Shown here in pieces: positions 8,508 to 19,135 of a stretch of DNA of 64,000 bases. Source of the stretch: a bacterium (GTDB taxonomy: Bacteria; Electryoneota; JAOADG01); the NCBI GenBank assembly GCA_963681965.1, contig OY820579.1, forward strand, positions 3,872,001 through 3,936,000, given 5' to 3'. Position 1 is the first letter of the stretch; each line of letters begins with the position of its first letter. A program made the position numbers and the translations under genes. The notes beneath the pieces were generated by a model. It worked only from the letters and a program-made list of their open reading frames with translations, was not told the DNA's origin and did no database searches.

Positions 8508-9842
8508 TTGGGAGCGGGTTTGTTCAAGATCATCCTGCGGTATTTCTCGTCATTCGTGCTGACGATCGCGCTATCGCTACTAAGCGTCGGTGCAGTGATC
8601 GGTGCACTGGCATTCGAATCCGGCATTCACCGGACCCTCTGGTTCGAACTGCTGCTCGGTCTGCTGGCGGTGCAGCTCGTCGTTCTGACTGCGACTCGTC
8701 TTCGCGGAAGCTTGCACCGGTTCTATATCGTGGCAATTCAGTTTGGAATTCTATTGCTGTTCACCGGGTTCGTGCTTCATGTCGCCACCGGTGTCTCCGG
8801 GCAAATGACATTATCGCTTGGTAAATCGGTCGATCGAATATCGTCCACAGAGAATTTCCAACTTGAAATCGAGATGCCGTTTGTCGCATCGGCATTTCTC
8901 CCACTCCAACTGGAACGATTGCCACGCAACCCGAATAGTGCACCGTTCGTCGCCGATTTACCATTTAATCTGGGTAAGATCGCGTTGCTGCAATTCATTC
9001 CCCAGGCAGTCTCGCTCCCCGTTCTGACGAAGAGTGAAGGGGAAGGGCTGCCGGCACTCGATCTTCAAATTTCGAGCAATCAGAAACATGAAAGCCGCAA
9101 ACTATGGAGTGGCGATGCGCGCGATGGTACGTGGCAACACCCCGCGCTCGGTAAAATTCAGGTTATCTATTACGGCAACGACACACCGACGGAGGATCGG
9201 TTCGCAACGAACGATGCCGCACTGCTATTCATTACTACGCCGAATAAAATCTTCCTGCTTCAGCGGACGAATTCGGGGATTCGATTCGATTCATTGACGG
9301 TCGGACAGCAGGCGGAGATCGACGCCACGCATCTGTTTACGATCGACAATCGCGAAAACAACTTGATTGCCAGCGAGATTTTCGAACCGGCACCCAAAGG
9401 ATCGCCGGGTGAGACCGCAATCCAATTTGCACTCATCAAACCGACTGGTGAAGAATCAGACGCAGCTTGGTTGACTGACCAGATGAAAGTCCGGACAGAA
9501 GAACCCAGCGCCGAATTTTCATTGAAACCGGCAAGTCACGAGCTGGGATTCGCGATGGTGTTGCAACCGGGCGGGGATGCTTCAGAGCATTCGGTTCAGA
9601 TGATTGATCCAGATGGGGCGAAATGTGAAATCAAGATTGGTGAAAATCGATCATTCCGGCATCGCGGTTGGAAATTTACCGTCATCGGCAAACCGGACGA
9701 TCGGACAGGATCGATCCATGTGGCAGTGACTCACGATAACCGATCGGATTTATGCTATCTGATCGGGAGTATCGTATTGCTGTTAGGTTTAACCGGATTT
9801 CTATTCAATCCATTTCGCGGATACAAGAGGATGTCGGAATAA
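8508..9842 (+). CDS. ResB-like cytochrome c biogenesis membrane protein (divergent paralog of 37714-39105)
   Basis: Three N-terminal TM segments, WFELLLGLL, large periplasmic domain, HRGWKF, C-terminal TM; shares LPLxLExLPR with the second copy; start uncertain. Confidence 0.7.
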   Translation: MGAGLFKIILRYFSSFVLTIALSLLSVGAVIGALAFESGIHRTLWFELLLGLLAVQLVVLTATRLRGSLHRFYIVAIQFGILLLFTGFVLHVATGVSGQMTLSLGKSVDRISSTENFQLEIEMPFVASAFLPLQLERLPRNPNSAPFVADLPFNLGKIALLQFIPQAVSLPVLTKSEGEGLPALDLQISSNQKHESRKLWSGDARDGTWQHPALGKIQVIYYGNDTPTEDRFATNDAALLFITTPNKIFLLQRTNSGIRFDSLTVGQQAEIDATHLFTIDNRENNLIASEIFEPAPKGSPGETAIQFALIKPTGEESDAAWLTDQMKVRTEEPSAEFSLKPASHELGFAMVLQPGGDASEHSVQMIDPDGAKCEIKIGENRSFRHRGWKFTVIGKPDDRTGSIHVAVTHDNRSDLCYLIGSIVLLLGLTGFLFNPFRGYKRMSE

Positions 9843-9861
9843 AGGTTTTAGATTAATTATG

Positions 9862-10592
9862 GGTAAGGGCGCTCTTACGCGTCCGCCCGAACCCGATGAT
9901 AATACACAAATATTTACCTTTCGCAAAAAATATTTTTCCTGATTGCGAATAAAATCGATCTTCAACAGACACGGGCGGACGCGGAGGAACGCCCCTACCA
10001 AAAAAAGGAGTCGGAATGAATTCCGACTTACGGAAAAGAAGTGAGTCGCATGCTCGGAGGATTGCTATTTTTTGTAGGGGCGTATCGCATACGCCCCAAG
10101 CGGCAGGCAGCGCCTGACGCATTGAATGGGAGATGAGGGTTAGGGGTTGGGAATTAGGAAATGATTAAAGCATAGATTGCCACGTCCTTCATGCGCCCTG
10201 CGGCGCATTCAGTCCTCGCAATGACAGAACAGGCTACAAGATAAAAAGATAGAAGAATTGGTCAGAACAAGTTCTGACCTACGGATAAGATAGGTATTGG
10301 GTGATAGGTGGTGGGGGTTGGGAAAAGATAAATAAAAGATACAAGAAGTGGTCAGAACAAGTTCTGACCTACGGATAAGATAGGTATTGGGTGATAGGTG
10401 GTGGGGGTTGGGAAAAGATAAATAAAAGATACAAGAAGTGGTCAGAACAAGTTCTGACCTACGGAAAAGAATATTCACGCAGGCTCGGAGGCCTGCGCCA
10501 CCAACAGAATAGGGATTGGGTGTTAGGTGGTGGGTAATAGGAAAAGATAATAAAAGATACGAGAAGAGGTCGGAATAAATTCCGACCTACCG
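9862..10592. repeat. REP/BIME-like mosaic with a 90-bp tandem array
   Basis: GTCAGAACAAGTTCTGACC at 10261, 10351 and 10441; also GTCGGAAT.AATTCCGAC, CGCAGGCTCGGAGGCCTGCG and GATTGCCAC...CTCGCAATGAC (10175-10225). Confidence 0.9.
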
Positions 10593-10648
10593 GTTAAAAA
10601 TAAAGCAGAATAATGATGTGCCAGTAATGAACGATACTGTATTACCGA

Positions 10649-11677
10649 TTAGTACTTGATGTATTGGAATACCTGAACGCGCTGATTGTACTGATCGGCG
10701 ATGAACAGACGATCCTTCTTGTCGAATGCCAACCCTGCCGGTAGCGAAAACTGTCCGGGTTCTTTACCGGCAGCTCCGAAATAGAGCAACAGCGTACCAT
10801 CGGATTTAAACACCTGAATATTGTCGAATGCGGCATCGGACACGTACACATTCCCTTCGCTATCGATCGCAATCCCCTTCGGACGATTGAAACTTCCCGG
10901 GACATTGTCCGGCTGACCAAATGAATGCAGATACTTGCCATCCTTATCGAACACTTGAACCCGGAAATTCATCGCATCGACGACAAACAATCGCCCTACT
11001 GTATCGCAAACGACATTGGTCGGAAGATTGAATTGACCATTGTCCATCCCTTTCGAGCCAACCGTTCGCAACAGCTTGCCAGCACGATCGAAGAATTTTA
11101 GATTACAATCTTTAGTATCGACGACGATGAGTTCATGCGACACGGGATTGAATGCGACCCCGGATGGTCGAACAAACGATTTACTGGTTCCGATATCGGT
11201 GACAAAATCGTGTTTGGCATTGTACTTCTTCACCATATTCAATCGGACATCGGTCACGAACACATTGTTGCTGTCGTCGAACGCGATCGCCGCGGGTTCG
11301 ATCAATTGTCCATTACCGCTATTTCCCAAAAATGTCAATGCATCGTTGTTATTTTTCGGATTTTCATCGAACACCAACACGCAGCGGTTACCGGCATCGC
11401 TGACGTAAATCCGTCCGTTTGCGTCGATTGCAACACCGTACGGTTTAATCACTTTCGATACGGTTTCCCGTCCGGCAATGGTCTCTTTCAGCTTGTTGAA
11501 GCTGCCGCTGGTTACATCGGTTCGGTCGGAAATCGATTTCAGATAGCGCAAACGGGGTTGTTCCGGCGGAGACGGGTAGACAATATCCGTTTTCACCGCT
11601 TTACGCGGTGCGCAGCCAAACAGAAATAAACCGAATATGAATACCAATGCGAATTGGGACAGGGTTTTGCGGGTCAT
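10649..11677 (-). CDS. NHL-repeat beta-propeller lipoprotein
   Basis: Lipobox LFLFGC; YPSPPEQPRLRYL; repeats F..PxGIAIDS.GNVYVSD. Confidence 0.9.
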   Translation of the reverse strand: MTRKTLSQFALVFIFGLFLFGCAPRKAVKTDIVYPSPPEQPRLRYLKSISDRTDVTSGSFNKLKETIAGRETVSKVIKPYGVAIDANGRIYVSDAGNRCVLVFDENPKNNNDALTFLGNSGNGQLIEPAAIAFDDSNNVFVTDVRLNMVKKYNAKHDFVTDIGTSKSFVRPSGVAFNPVSHELIVVDTKDCNLKFFDRAGKLLRTVGSKGMDNGQFNLPTNVVCDTVGRLFVVDAMNFRVQVFDKDGKYLHSFGQPDNVPGSFNRPKGIAIDSEGNVYVSDAAFDNIQVFKSDGTLLLYFGAAGKEPGQFSLPAGLAFDKKDRLFIADQYNQRVQVFQYIKY

Positions 11678-11913
11678 AGCGACCTTTCTCCGAATCGAGA
11701 TTACAGAAATAATAAAATTCTATGTCTAATCATATATACGAAAATTTGACGGGATCCGACAACTGGTTTCGCTGTTTCGAAGTTCGGTGTTTGATCAATG
11801 GTAGTAGTAGTTGACCGATCCATATTCATCTCGATCCGTCTGACATTTTTTGTTGAAGGAAAACGGTGAACGATTCGGTGAACTTGTATCGATTAGAGTG
11901 TCGGAACTACAGT

Positions 11914-12012
11914 TTTCAAGTGTACAGACAAGAGTGTCTGTACCTACAGAATTTCAAGTGTACAGACAAGAGTGTCTGTACCTACAGATACACACGGGGG
12001 TCCGCCCCTACT
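11914..12012 (+). repeat. 38-bp tandem REP-like hairpin (GTACAGACAAGAGTGTCTGTACCTAC x2) plus a CGCCCCTAC hairpin
   Basis: Two identical copies starting at 11914 and 11952. Confidence 0.85.
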
Positions 12013-12061
12013 ACCGATCGCAACTATTTCCAAGAGATACTATCGAACAAATGACTGAAAT

Positions 12062-12095
12062 AAAAACAAGGTACCGGATTGCCCGATACCTTGTT
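12062..12095 (-). terminator. Probable intrinsic terminator after the decaheme gene
   Basis: AACAAGGTA...TACCTTGTT stem with an A run on the + strand. Confidence 0.55.
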
Positions 12096-12146
12096 CGTCT
12101 TGGATAACACGCCTTAAGACCCCCCGTAAGACGTGGAACTCTTATC

Positions 12147-13709
12147 TTATCGCCATCGCTTGTAGACGACAGTACGACCAAAGTGGTTGTTGCTCTGTGC
12201 GTTTACATAAGTACCACGGAGCGAGTCTTTACCAGTATGGCAATTGACATAGCAATAGTTCACGATGTAATCGGCAATGGTATCGCCATTGGAATTAACA
12301 ATCGCGGTATCGCGAGTCGGTTGTCCCCAGAGACCAGAGGTTCTTGGTGCAATCGGCGGAATATACTTGTTGACCAAGCGATAGTAGCCAAACAATGCCG
12401 AACGTCCAACGACAGTATTTGCACCACTACCGATTCGATAGGTCGAGTCGGGATTGGTCAAGCTGTCGCGCTGCGTCCAACCAGTCTTCATGACGCCATT
12501 GGCATCCAATTCACGACCGGTGTACTTCTTGCTCCAACGTACCAGACCAACGCGACCGGTTAATTCCTGAGCCGCAGTCGGACCACCGTGGGCACCGTGA
12601 CATTCCAAACAGGCTTCCTGTCGTTCCTGCGTATTGCTGGAATTGTAGGTAACGTGCGTGTTATGTCGCGAGAATCGGATCGAGTCATTCTTCAGATAGC
12701 CATTGGGACGGCTGGATGCACTGGTACGATAGTAATACGGATCGTGACAGGCATAGCATACGGCATCGGCGACCAAGTCAAAGTTTGCGCCTTCTTCCTG
12801 ATTCATTCCAGGTACATACGAACGCTTCAACTGCGGATACGATGTCGTGCCGCCTTCGGAAATCGTGTAGCTCAAACCGTGGAGACCATTCGATGCAGTT
12901 GAGTCACCGTGACAGTCAGTACAGTTGATCTTCGACGTGCTGGTCATGGTCGGTGTTGCAGTCGATGCATTCGACCACCACGACGGGGTGACCAACATCT
13001 TATTGGTGACTGCCGCCATCGATTCGACCTTGGCAATAACCGAGTTCTTGCCAATGCCGAGAATCGGGTGATAAGCAGAACGGGTCGTATCGAGACGTGC
13101 CACCATATCGGTATGGCAAGAGAGACACAACGTCGCCTGACGGGTGGCTTTGAAACCATCGTCGTGCTTGTGGCAGTTGGTGCACTTGTCCGAACCAGCA
13201 TGCTGACCTAAGCTAGCAGTGGTCGGGTGTACGCCAGATGCGTTGTTACGGAAGATACTGGTATTGGTATGGCAAGTTTCGCAAACGCCATCGTACGGAA
13301 CGGTGACGCCGGTGGCTTCGTGAATGAAGTCGGCGGAATCGCGGAACGCCATTGCCTTGGAACGACCGTCGGGAAGGACGACTTCGTTCTTCAGATAGTT
13401 ATGCGCGTAGCCGGCTTGATGCTGGTGCGGATTGTGGCAATTCTCGCACATCATCGTGTCGCCTTGCGCGTGGACGGTCGCAGTCGTCGCCACACCGCCA
13501 GCGGCGTGACAAGTCGCGCAAACCACATTCGACAACCAATTTCTTGGTGCCGGAATCGTACCGACTGGCACGTGGCAACTTCCGCAATCCATTGCGTTGG
13601 TTGAATCGTGCGGTGCATCAAGTCGATTCACTTCTGCTAAGGACGCTGGTACGTATACGATCATCGTCAGCGCCGCTGCAATTAGAAACATTCGCGTTAG
13701 AAGCTTCAT
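12147..13709 (-). CDS. Secreted multiheme cytochrome c (9 CxxCH + 1 CxxxCH)
   Basis: Signal peptide from MKLLTRM (RBS GGAG); CGSCH, CATCH, CENCH, CETCH, CTNCH, CLSCH, CTDCH, CYACH, CLECH, CYVNCH. Confidence 0.93.
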   Translation of the reverse strand: MKLLTRMFLIAAALTMIVYVPASLAEVNRLDAPHDSTNAMDCGSCHVPVGTIPAPRNWLSNVVCATCHAAGGVATTATVHAQGDTMMCENCHNPHQHQAGYAHNYLKNEVVLPDGRSKAMAFRDSADFIHEATGVTVPYDGVCETCHTNTSIFRNNASGVHPTTASLGQHAGSDKCTNCHKHDDGFKATRQATLCLSCHTDMVARLDTTRSAYHPILGIGKNSVIAKVESMAAVTNKMLVTPSWWSNASTATPTMTSTSKINCTDCHGDSTASNGLHGLSYTISEGGTTSYPQLKRSYVPGMNQEEGANFDLVADAVCYACHDPYYYRTSASSRPNGYLKNDSIRFSRHNTHVTYNSSNTQERQEACLECHGAHGGPTAAQELTGRVGLVRWSKKYTGRELDANGVMKTGWTQRDSLTNPDSTYRIGSGANTVVGRSALFGYYRLVNKYIPPIAPRTSGLWGQPTRDTAIVNSNGDTIADYIVNYCYVNCHTGKDSLRGTYVNAQSNNHFGRTVVYKRWR

Positions 13710-13751
13710 TAAATCTGCTCCTGAAAGATTACAATTGATAAAGGTCAATGA

Positions 13752-14990
13752 TTATTTAACAAGAAGCATCTTCTTGGTCAATTCGGTCGCAGTGCCGTTG
13801 CCGGTTGCCGTCAGCTTGCAGAAATACACGCCGCTAGCCGCCGCACCAGTACTGGATTTTTCCGAATTCCAAGTATACTCGTGTTGACCTGCCGAAAGGT
13901 TTCCTTCGACCAAGGTCGCTACTTGCTGTCCCATCGCATTCCAAATCGTAAGCTTCACGTTTTGGTTCTGGCTCAAGGTAAACCGGATGCGGGTGGAAGC
14001 GTTGAACGGGTTCGGGTAGTTGCCGTTCAGCTTAAACTCTTTCGCTACCGGGTCCGAATTCGAGACACTCAAAACGATATCGTTAACGGTAAAGGAGTAG
14101 ATTTGCGAAGTTAGACTCGAAATGGCATACAGGCGATTGCCGACCATTGCGATGTCCATCGGCAGCACAAACAAATTGTGCTGTGCGTCGTCCGAGACGA
14201 TACGACCGAGATACTCGCCTTGTGCGTCGAGCATCTGCAGATCGCTTTGATACAAGTCCGAAATATAAATGCGGTTCAACTGATCAACGGCGATTCCCTG
14301 GGGACGCGTGAACGTTCCATTGAAAACCCATTCGTTGTTCGCATTCTGATAAGTGAAGCGTCCGCTCTGTCGCAGATAACTACCATTGCGGTTGAACATC
14401 TGCACGCGGGCATTGCCCTGATCTACGACGTAGACTTCGGTTTCAGACACATTCATGCAGATCCCGGCGGGGAACATGAACTGACCGTTGCCGCTGCCTG
14501 CACCACCGAAGGCGCCGATGCGGCTACCGTTGTTGCCGTAAATCTTGACTTGGTGTGCTTTCGAATCGGTTACATAAATCGAACCATTCGATGCGACGAC
14601 CATGTCGTTGGGTTTTTCGAATTCGCCGACGCCGTTACCGAGTGAACTGATGAAAACGCCATTGGCATTCAAACGATCGACTTGAGTATCATGTCCGACC
14701 AGCAGATCGCCGTTCGGAAGGACGCCCAAAGCCACCGGTTGATGAATTGCGATTTCACCGATCGACGTGCCGGTGCTCGAAAGAATTCGAATCCGGTCGT
14801 TCGCCGGTTCGGAAACATAAACTGTTCCGTTCGCGGCGACAACCAGTCGCTCCGGTTGGTTTGAACCCTGCCCGTTGATGTCCGGTGCATTAATATTGGC
14901 AGGATAAGCAAACGCGAATTGTGCAAACACGATACCTAACAGCATCATGCTGCCGACGATTATTAAAATCTTGCTATTGCGATTGGCCAT
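13752..14990 (-). CDS. NHL beta-propeller protein with C-terminal T9SS type A/FlgD-like sorting domain
   Basis: NHL repeats, then NYPNPFNASTRIRF...ASGVYFCKL...KKMLLVK. Confidence 0.9.
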   Translation of the reverse strand: MANRNSKILIIVGSMMLLGIVFAQFAFAYPANINAPDINGQGSNQPERLVVAANGTVYVSEPANDRIRILSSTGTSIGEIAIHQPVALGVLPNGDLLVGHDTQVDRLNANGVFISSLGNGVGEFEKPNDMVVASNGSIYVTDSKAHQVKIYGNNGSRIGAFGGAGSGNGQFMFPAGICMNVSETEVYVVDQGNARVQMFNRNGSYLRQSGRFTYQNANNEWVFNGTFTRPQGIAVDQLNRIYISDLYQSDLQMLDAQGEYLGRIVSDDAQHNLFVLPMDIAMVGNRLYAISSLTSQIYSFTVNDIVLSVSNSDPVAKEFKLNGNYPNPFNASTRIRFTLSQNQNVKLTIWNAMGQQVATLVEGNLSAGQHEYTWNSEKSSTGAAASGVYFCKLTATGNGTATELTKKMLLVK

Positions 14991-15041
14991 TGTTTTAATC
15001 CTTCGTTGCCGATTTGATATACGACTCCTCGCTATGTTATT

Positions 15042-15057
15042 GGCAAATAGTGTGCCA
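15042..15057 (-). promoter_or_regulatory. sigma54 (-24/-12) promoter
   Basis: Minus strand TGGCACACTATTTGCC (GG-N10-GC), about 50 bp upstream of the 14990 start. Confidence 0.8.
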
Positions 15058-15271
15058 TGCTCGGTTCTCAGGTTGAGAATTCGGGAAGAGACTTTGGAAA
15101 ACGTGGTACTCTTCGAGTAACTGAATAGATACTTCCGATATCACATTATATAACAATAGGTTATATATAGCAACCAAAAACAGGATTGGGAATACCAGCT
15201 CCCTGAAGCGGGATTAATTGAATGATATACACTACATGATCAAACGATTACATCCCCTCATCTGCGAGATC

Positions 15272-15309
15272 TGAGTGTAGGCGCTCATCGATCTGAGTGA
15301 AATGACGCA
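15272..15309. promoter_or_regulatory. Paired candidate enhancer (UAS) sites for the sigma54 activator
   Basis: TGAGTGTAGGCGCTCA (15272-15287) and TGAGTGAAATGACGCA (15294-15309), 22 bp offset; same layout at 30276-30313. Confidence 0.6.
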
Positions 15310-15985
15310 ATGGGATTGGTGGTGGAGGTTAGGTGATGGGGATTGGGAAAAGACCGGTCGCGGGTGCAAGTGATGGGATCAGAAGGGTAGCGGCGGACTT
15401 TAGTCCGCGTTTTGTTTTCTTTGTAGCCGCAGGCTTTAGCCTGCGTTTTTTCTTGAATCTTGTATCATTCGCCCGATCATTTTTGGACACAAGAGGAGTC
15501 GGAATAAATTCCGACCTACGGAAAAGATAGGTTGTGGGGATTGGGAAAAGAAAAAACAGATAAACGATAGATTGCTTCGTCTCTTCGCTACGGAAGTGCT
15601 GCGCACGTTCCTTCGCTGCGTTCCTCGCAACGACAAAACAGGATACAGAATGCGGGCGGGCACGGGGACCCGCCCCTACTATAGGATACAAGATACAGAA
15701 TACAAGATAAAAAAGAGACAAGAAGTGGTCAGAACAAGTTCTGACCTACGGAAAAGATGGGTGGTGGGGGATAGGGGTTGGGGATTGGGAAAAGAAAAAA
15801 CAGATAAACGATAGATTGCTTCGTCTCTTCGCTACGGAAGTGCTGCGCACGTTCCTTCGCTGCGTTCCTCGCAACGACAAAACAGGATACAGAATGCGAA
15901 CGGGCGCGGGGACCCGCCCCTACTATAGGATACAAGATAAAAAAAGATAAAAAAACGGGCGGACATTGGAGCCCGCCCGTAGTAT
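15310..15985. repeat. REP mosaic with a duplicated block (244-bp offset) carrying GATTGCTTCGTC...CCTCGCAACGAC elements
   Basis: Elements at 15570-15634 and 15814-15878; GTAGCGGCGG, GTAGCCGCAGG, GTCGGAATAAATTCCGAC and GTCAGAAC hairpins. Confidence 0.9.
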
Positions 15986-16008
15986 CATCGAATTGCGAAG
16001 AAATCCGG

Positions 16009-17400
16009 CTAGACGAGCAAACCGTGTTTCTTCATTTTGTAGCGAATGGTGTCACGCGTGATCGACAGCAACGACGCCGCGCGCGACTGATTGCCGTCGC
16101 AGAGTGCCAGTGCCTTGACAATCGCGATCTTCTCCAATTCTTCAAGCGAAAATCCTTCTTCCGGAAGATAGACTTGAATACCGCTATTGTTATTGGCGAT
16201 AGTACTCGCGGATTTGATCTTATGAAATTCGGACGGGAGATGTTCCTGCCGAATTAGCGAATCGCTTTCCAGAATCAAAACCCGCTCAATCACATTCTTG
16301 AGTTCGCGGACATTGCCGGGCCATTGATAAGAGAGAAACGACGCTTTCGCTTCGTCATCGAGACCAGTGAAATTCTTGGAGAATTCGTTGTTATATACCG
16401 AAATAAAGTGCTGGGTCAATTTTAAAATATCGTCGTGCCGGTCGCGCAATGGCGGCAGGTGGATATTGATGACTTTCAACCGAAAATAGAGATCGCGCCG
16501 GAAGGACCCGTTTTCCATCGCAGCCATCAAGTCGCGATTGGTGGATGCTATCACGCGGACATTCATCTTGATGTCCTGCATCCCGCCCAGCCGTTTGAAC
16601 GAGCGCGTTTCCAGCACCCGCAACAATTTCACCTGCATCTGGGTGCTGATTTCGCCGATTTCATCGAGCAGCAGCGTACCGCCGTCGGCTAATTCGAATT
16701 GACCGCGCTTCATCTGCTTGGCGTCGGTAAATGCCCCTTTTTCGAAGCCGAACAATTCGCTTTCGAGCAGCGTTTCCGGCAGTGCGGCACAGTTGATTGC
16801 CTCAAATGGTTTCTGGAAGCGGCTGGACTCGAAGTGAATGACCCGTGCGACCAGTTCCTTGCCGGTGCCGGATTCCCCTTCGATCAACACGGTGGTAGCT
16901 TCGGAGCTGGTGATTTTGCGAATAATCTCAAAGATATGCCGCATCTGCGGCGAATCGCTGATGATGTTGGAAATGCCGTGGGTATTGCGTAATTCACGCC
17001 GGAGCGACAGTACTTCGTTGTTGATCTTGTTCGCCTTGAGCGCCTTCTCGACGTTCAGCCGGACTTCTTCGAAATCGATCGGTTTGTTGATATAGTCGTA
17101 TGCGCCGATCCGCATGGCTTCCACCGCGGTATCGATCGTTCCGTATGCCGTCATGAAAAACACGATTGTCGACGGGGATTGATGGCGAATAATCTGCAAG
17201 ACTTCCAAACCGCTGGCAGCGGGAAGTTTGTTGTCGAGAAATACCACTTCGGGAAGCAACTTATCGAATTTCTCCAGCCCCTCTTCCCCACTGGCGGCAG
17301 TAATGGTTTCATAGCCAAGCTGTTCGAATTGTTTTGCGAGCGACCAACTAATCAATTTTTCATCGTCGATAATCAGAATCTTTAGTTTAGTTCCGTTCAT
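16009..17400 (-). CDS. sigma54-dependent response regulator (NtrC/AtoC/ZraR family)
   Basis: REC domain (ILIIDDE, FLDNKLP), GESGTGKE, GAFTDA variant of GAFTGA, WPGNVREL, Fis-type HTH; start reassigned to MNGTKLK. Confidence 0.95.
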   Translation of the reverse strand: MNGTKLKILIIDDEKLISWSLAKQFEQLGYETITAASGEEGLEKFDKLLPEVVFLDNKLPAASGLEVLQIIRHQSPSTIVFFMTAYGTIDTAVEAMRIGAYDYINKPIDFEEVRLNVEKALKANKINNEVLSLRRELRNTHGISNIISDSPQMRHIFEIIRKITSSEATTVLIEGESGTGKELVARVIHFESSRFQKPFEAINCAALPETLLESELFGFEKGAFTDAKQMKRGQFELADGGTLLLDEIGEISTQMQVKLLRVLETRSFKRLGGMQDIKMNVRVIASTNRDLMAAMENGSFRRDLYFRLKVINIHLPPLRDRHDDILKLTQHFISVYNNEFSKNFTGLDDEAKASFLSYQWPGNVRELKNVIERVLILESDSLIRQEHLPSEFHKIKSASTIANNNSGIQVYLPEEGFSLEELEKIAIVKALALCDGNQSRAASLLSITRDTIRYKMKKHGLLV

Positions 17401-17491
17401 CTTGACGCCTCTCCCGTTCGATTCAACGAAAGAACCAGATTGTAGTTCGTTTGTATTCTCACCGGACGATCGATTGAAACCATCGTGATGA

Positions 17492-19000
17492 TTATGCTTC
17501 ATTGATTTCTTCCATGGTAAGGATCGCATATTCCGGAGCGAATGGGAGCTGAATCGTGAATGTCGAACCGCTGCCCGGTATGCTTTCCACTTTAATGTCT
17601 CCACCGTGACGGCGAATAATTCCGCGACAAATCGCCAATCCGAGACCCGTTCCATTGTGCTTGGTGGTGAAGAACGGTTTGAAAATCAGATCCAATTTTT
17701 CTTCTTCAATTCCGACGCCGGTGTCGGTGACCGATATCTGCATCAACTTGGTCGATAGATTGCAACTCTGCGCCACCGATAATTTTCCACCATTTGGCAT
17801 CGCCTGAATCGCATTCATGATAAAATTCACAAGCACCTGTTGAATTTGTTCCACATCGGCGACTATTTCCGGTGCCTCCGGATCTAATGTTACATCTACT
17901 ACTATATTTACGAGTTTTGCTTTCTGATCTGTTAGTTGCATTGCCTGTGAAATGACCTTATCGATCCGGCAGGGTACCATCCACGGCGGTCGAGGACGGG
18001 AATAAGACAGGAGACTATTGACAGCATTGTCGACTCGGCGGATTTGTCGCAATATTTCTTCAAAAATGGGTTTATTTGCCGAATTTTCGTGAGAATCGTT
18101 CAATAGTACCTGCATCGCGCCCGAGATACCCGCTACCGGGTTTTTGATCTCATGCGCCATTCCGGCAGCTAACTCACCGACATTTGCCAACTTATCCGCA
18201 CGCTGCAACTCGTTGAGGTGGGCGATCCGCAATTCCTCCCGCATCTGATTGAGCCGGTCGATCATCCCGTTGAAGGCGAGTGCCAGCGACCCCATTTCCC
18301 TGGAATCGTCGATCGGGATATGCGATTTAAAATTCCCCTGCTCCACCTCTTTTATTGCGGTATTCATCAATCTGATATTGGTCTGAACAAACCGGAGATG
18401 CACACCGGAAATCACGACAATCAAGGCGGTAATGACAATCAGCGCGACCAGAATATCGTTGCGTTGGTGGATCGATAATTCGCGGCGAATATCGGAAATA
18501 TCCCCTTCGATACTGAGATACCCGATATAAGGGCTGGGATCGTCATGACACGCGATGCAGCGCGGTTCTTTCAGAATTCTCCGCGTCACCGTCATCATAT
18601 CTTTTTTTTCGTCGATAATTTCGTGGGTATTGGGTAGATCCTTGACATTGGAATAGGAGAATTTCGCGATTTGTGGAATGACCATCCCGACATCGGTTTG
18701 ATTGCTGCTATAGCGAACCAACCCTCCGTTAGTAAGAATTCGGATCGATTTGATATGGGTCTGGTGGCGAAGACCATTCAACGAGTTATGAATCTCGGTG
18801 GGATTGTTATTGTTCATGAACAGCATAATACCGTTCATCGTCACCTGCAGCATGGATTCCTGCAGGATCTGGCGCTGGGTAATCAAGCGCTCTTTTTGCG
18901 TTTTGATTGCCACGACACTCACGCCGATAATAGGGAGCAATAGTGCAATCCCCATTGCGACAAAGATTTTTCGCCGTAGGCTAAATCGCTTCGTAGACAT
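17492..19000 (-). CDS. Sensor histidine kinase with a periplasmic CxxCH motif and HAMP domain
   Basis: Two TM segments, [20 protein letters not shown]-box, DTGVGI, FFTTK, GTGLGL. Confidence 0.95.
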   Translation of the reverse strand: MSTKRFSLRRKIFVAMGIALLLPIIGVSVVAIKTQKERLITQRQILQESMLQVTMNGIMLFMNNNNPTEIHNSLNGLRHQTHIKSIRILTNGGLVRYSSNQTDVGMVIPQIAKFSYSNVKDLPNTHEIIDEKKDMMTVTRRILKEPRCIACHDDPSPYIGYLSIEGDISDIRRELSIHQRNDILVALIVITALIVVISGVHLRFVQTNIRLMNTAIKEVEQGNFKSHIPIDDSREMGSLALAFNGMIDRLNQMREELRIAHLNELQRADKLANVGELAAGMAHEIKNPVAGISGAMQVLLNDSHENSANKPIFEEILRQIRRVDNAVNSLLSYSRPRPPWMVPCRIDKVISQAMQLTDQKAKLVNIVVDVTLDPEAPEIVADVEQIQQVLVNFIMNAIQAMPNGGKLSVAQSCNLSTKLMQISVTDTGVGIEEEKLDLIFKPFFTTKHNGTGLGLAICRGIIRRHGGDIKVESIPGSGSTFTIQLPFAPEYAILTMEEINEA

Positions 19001-19135
19001 TTGTTACAGTCTTATTTTGGGTGAATTAACAGCACAATAGAAAGACATTCGCAAGGATCCCCCCAAGCGGGCACGTCTTTCGGAAGATATAACACGCAGT
19101 TACGTTAGGCAAGAAAAATTACATAAAATACCGGT

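Noticed and set aside
17401-17655. N-terminal extension of the response regulator
   Set aside because: It overlaps the kinase 3' end; the REC domain begins at MNGTKLK (17400).
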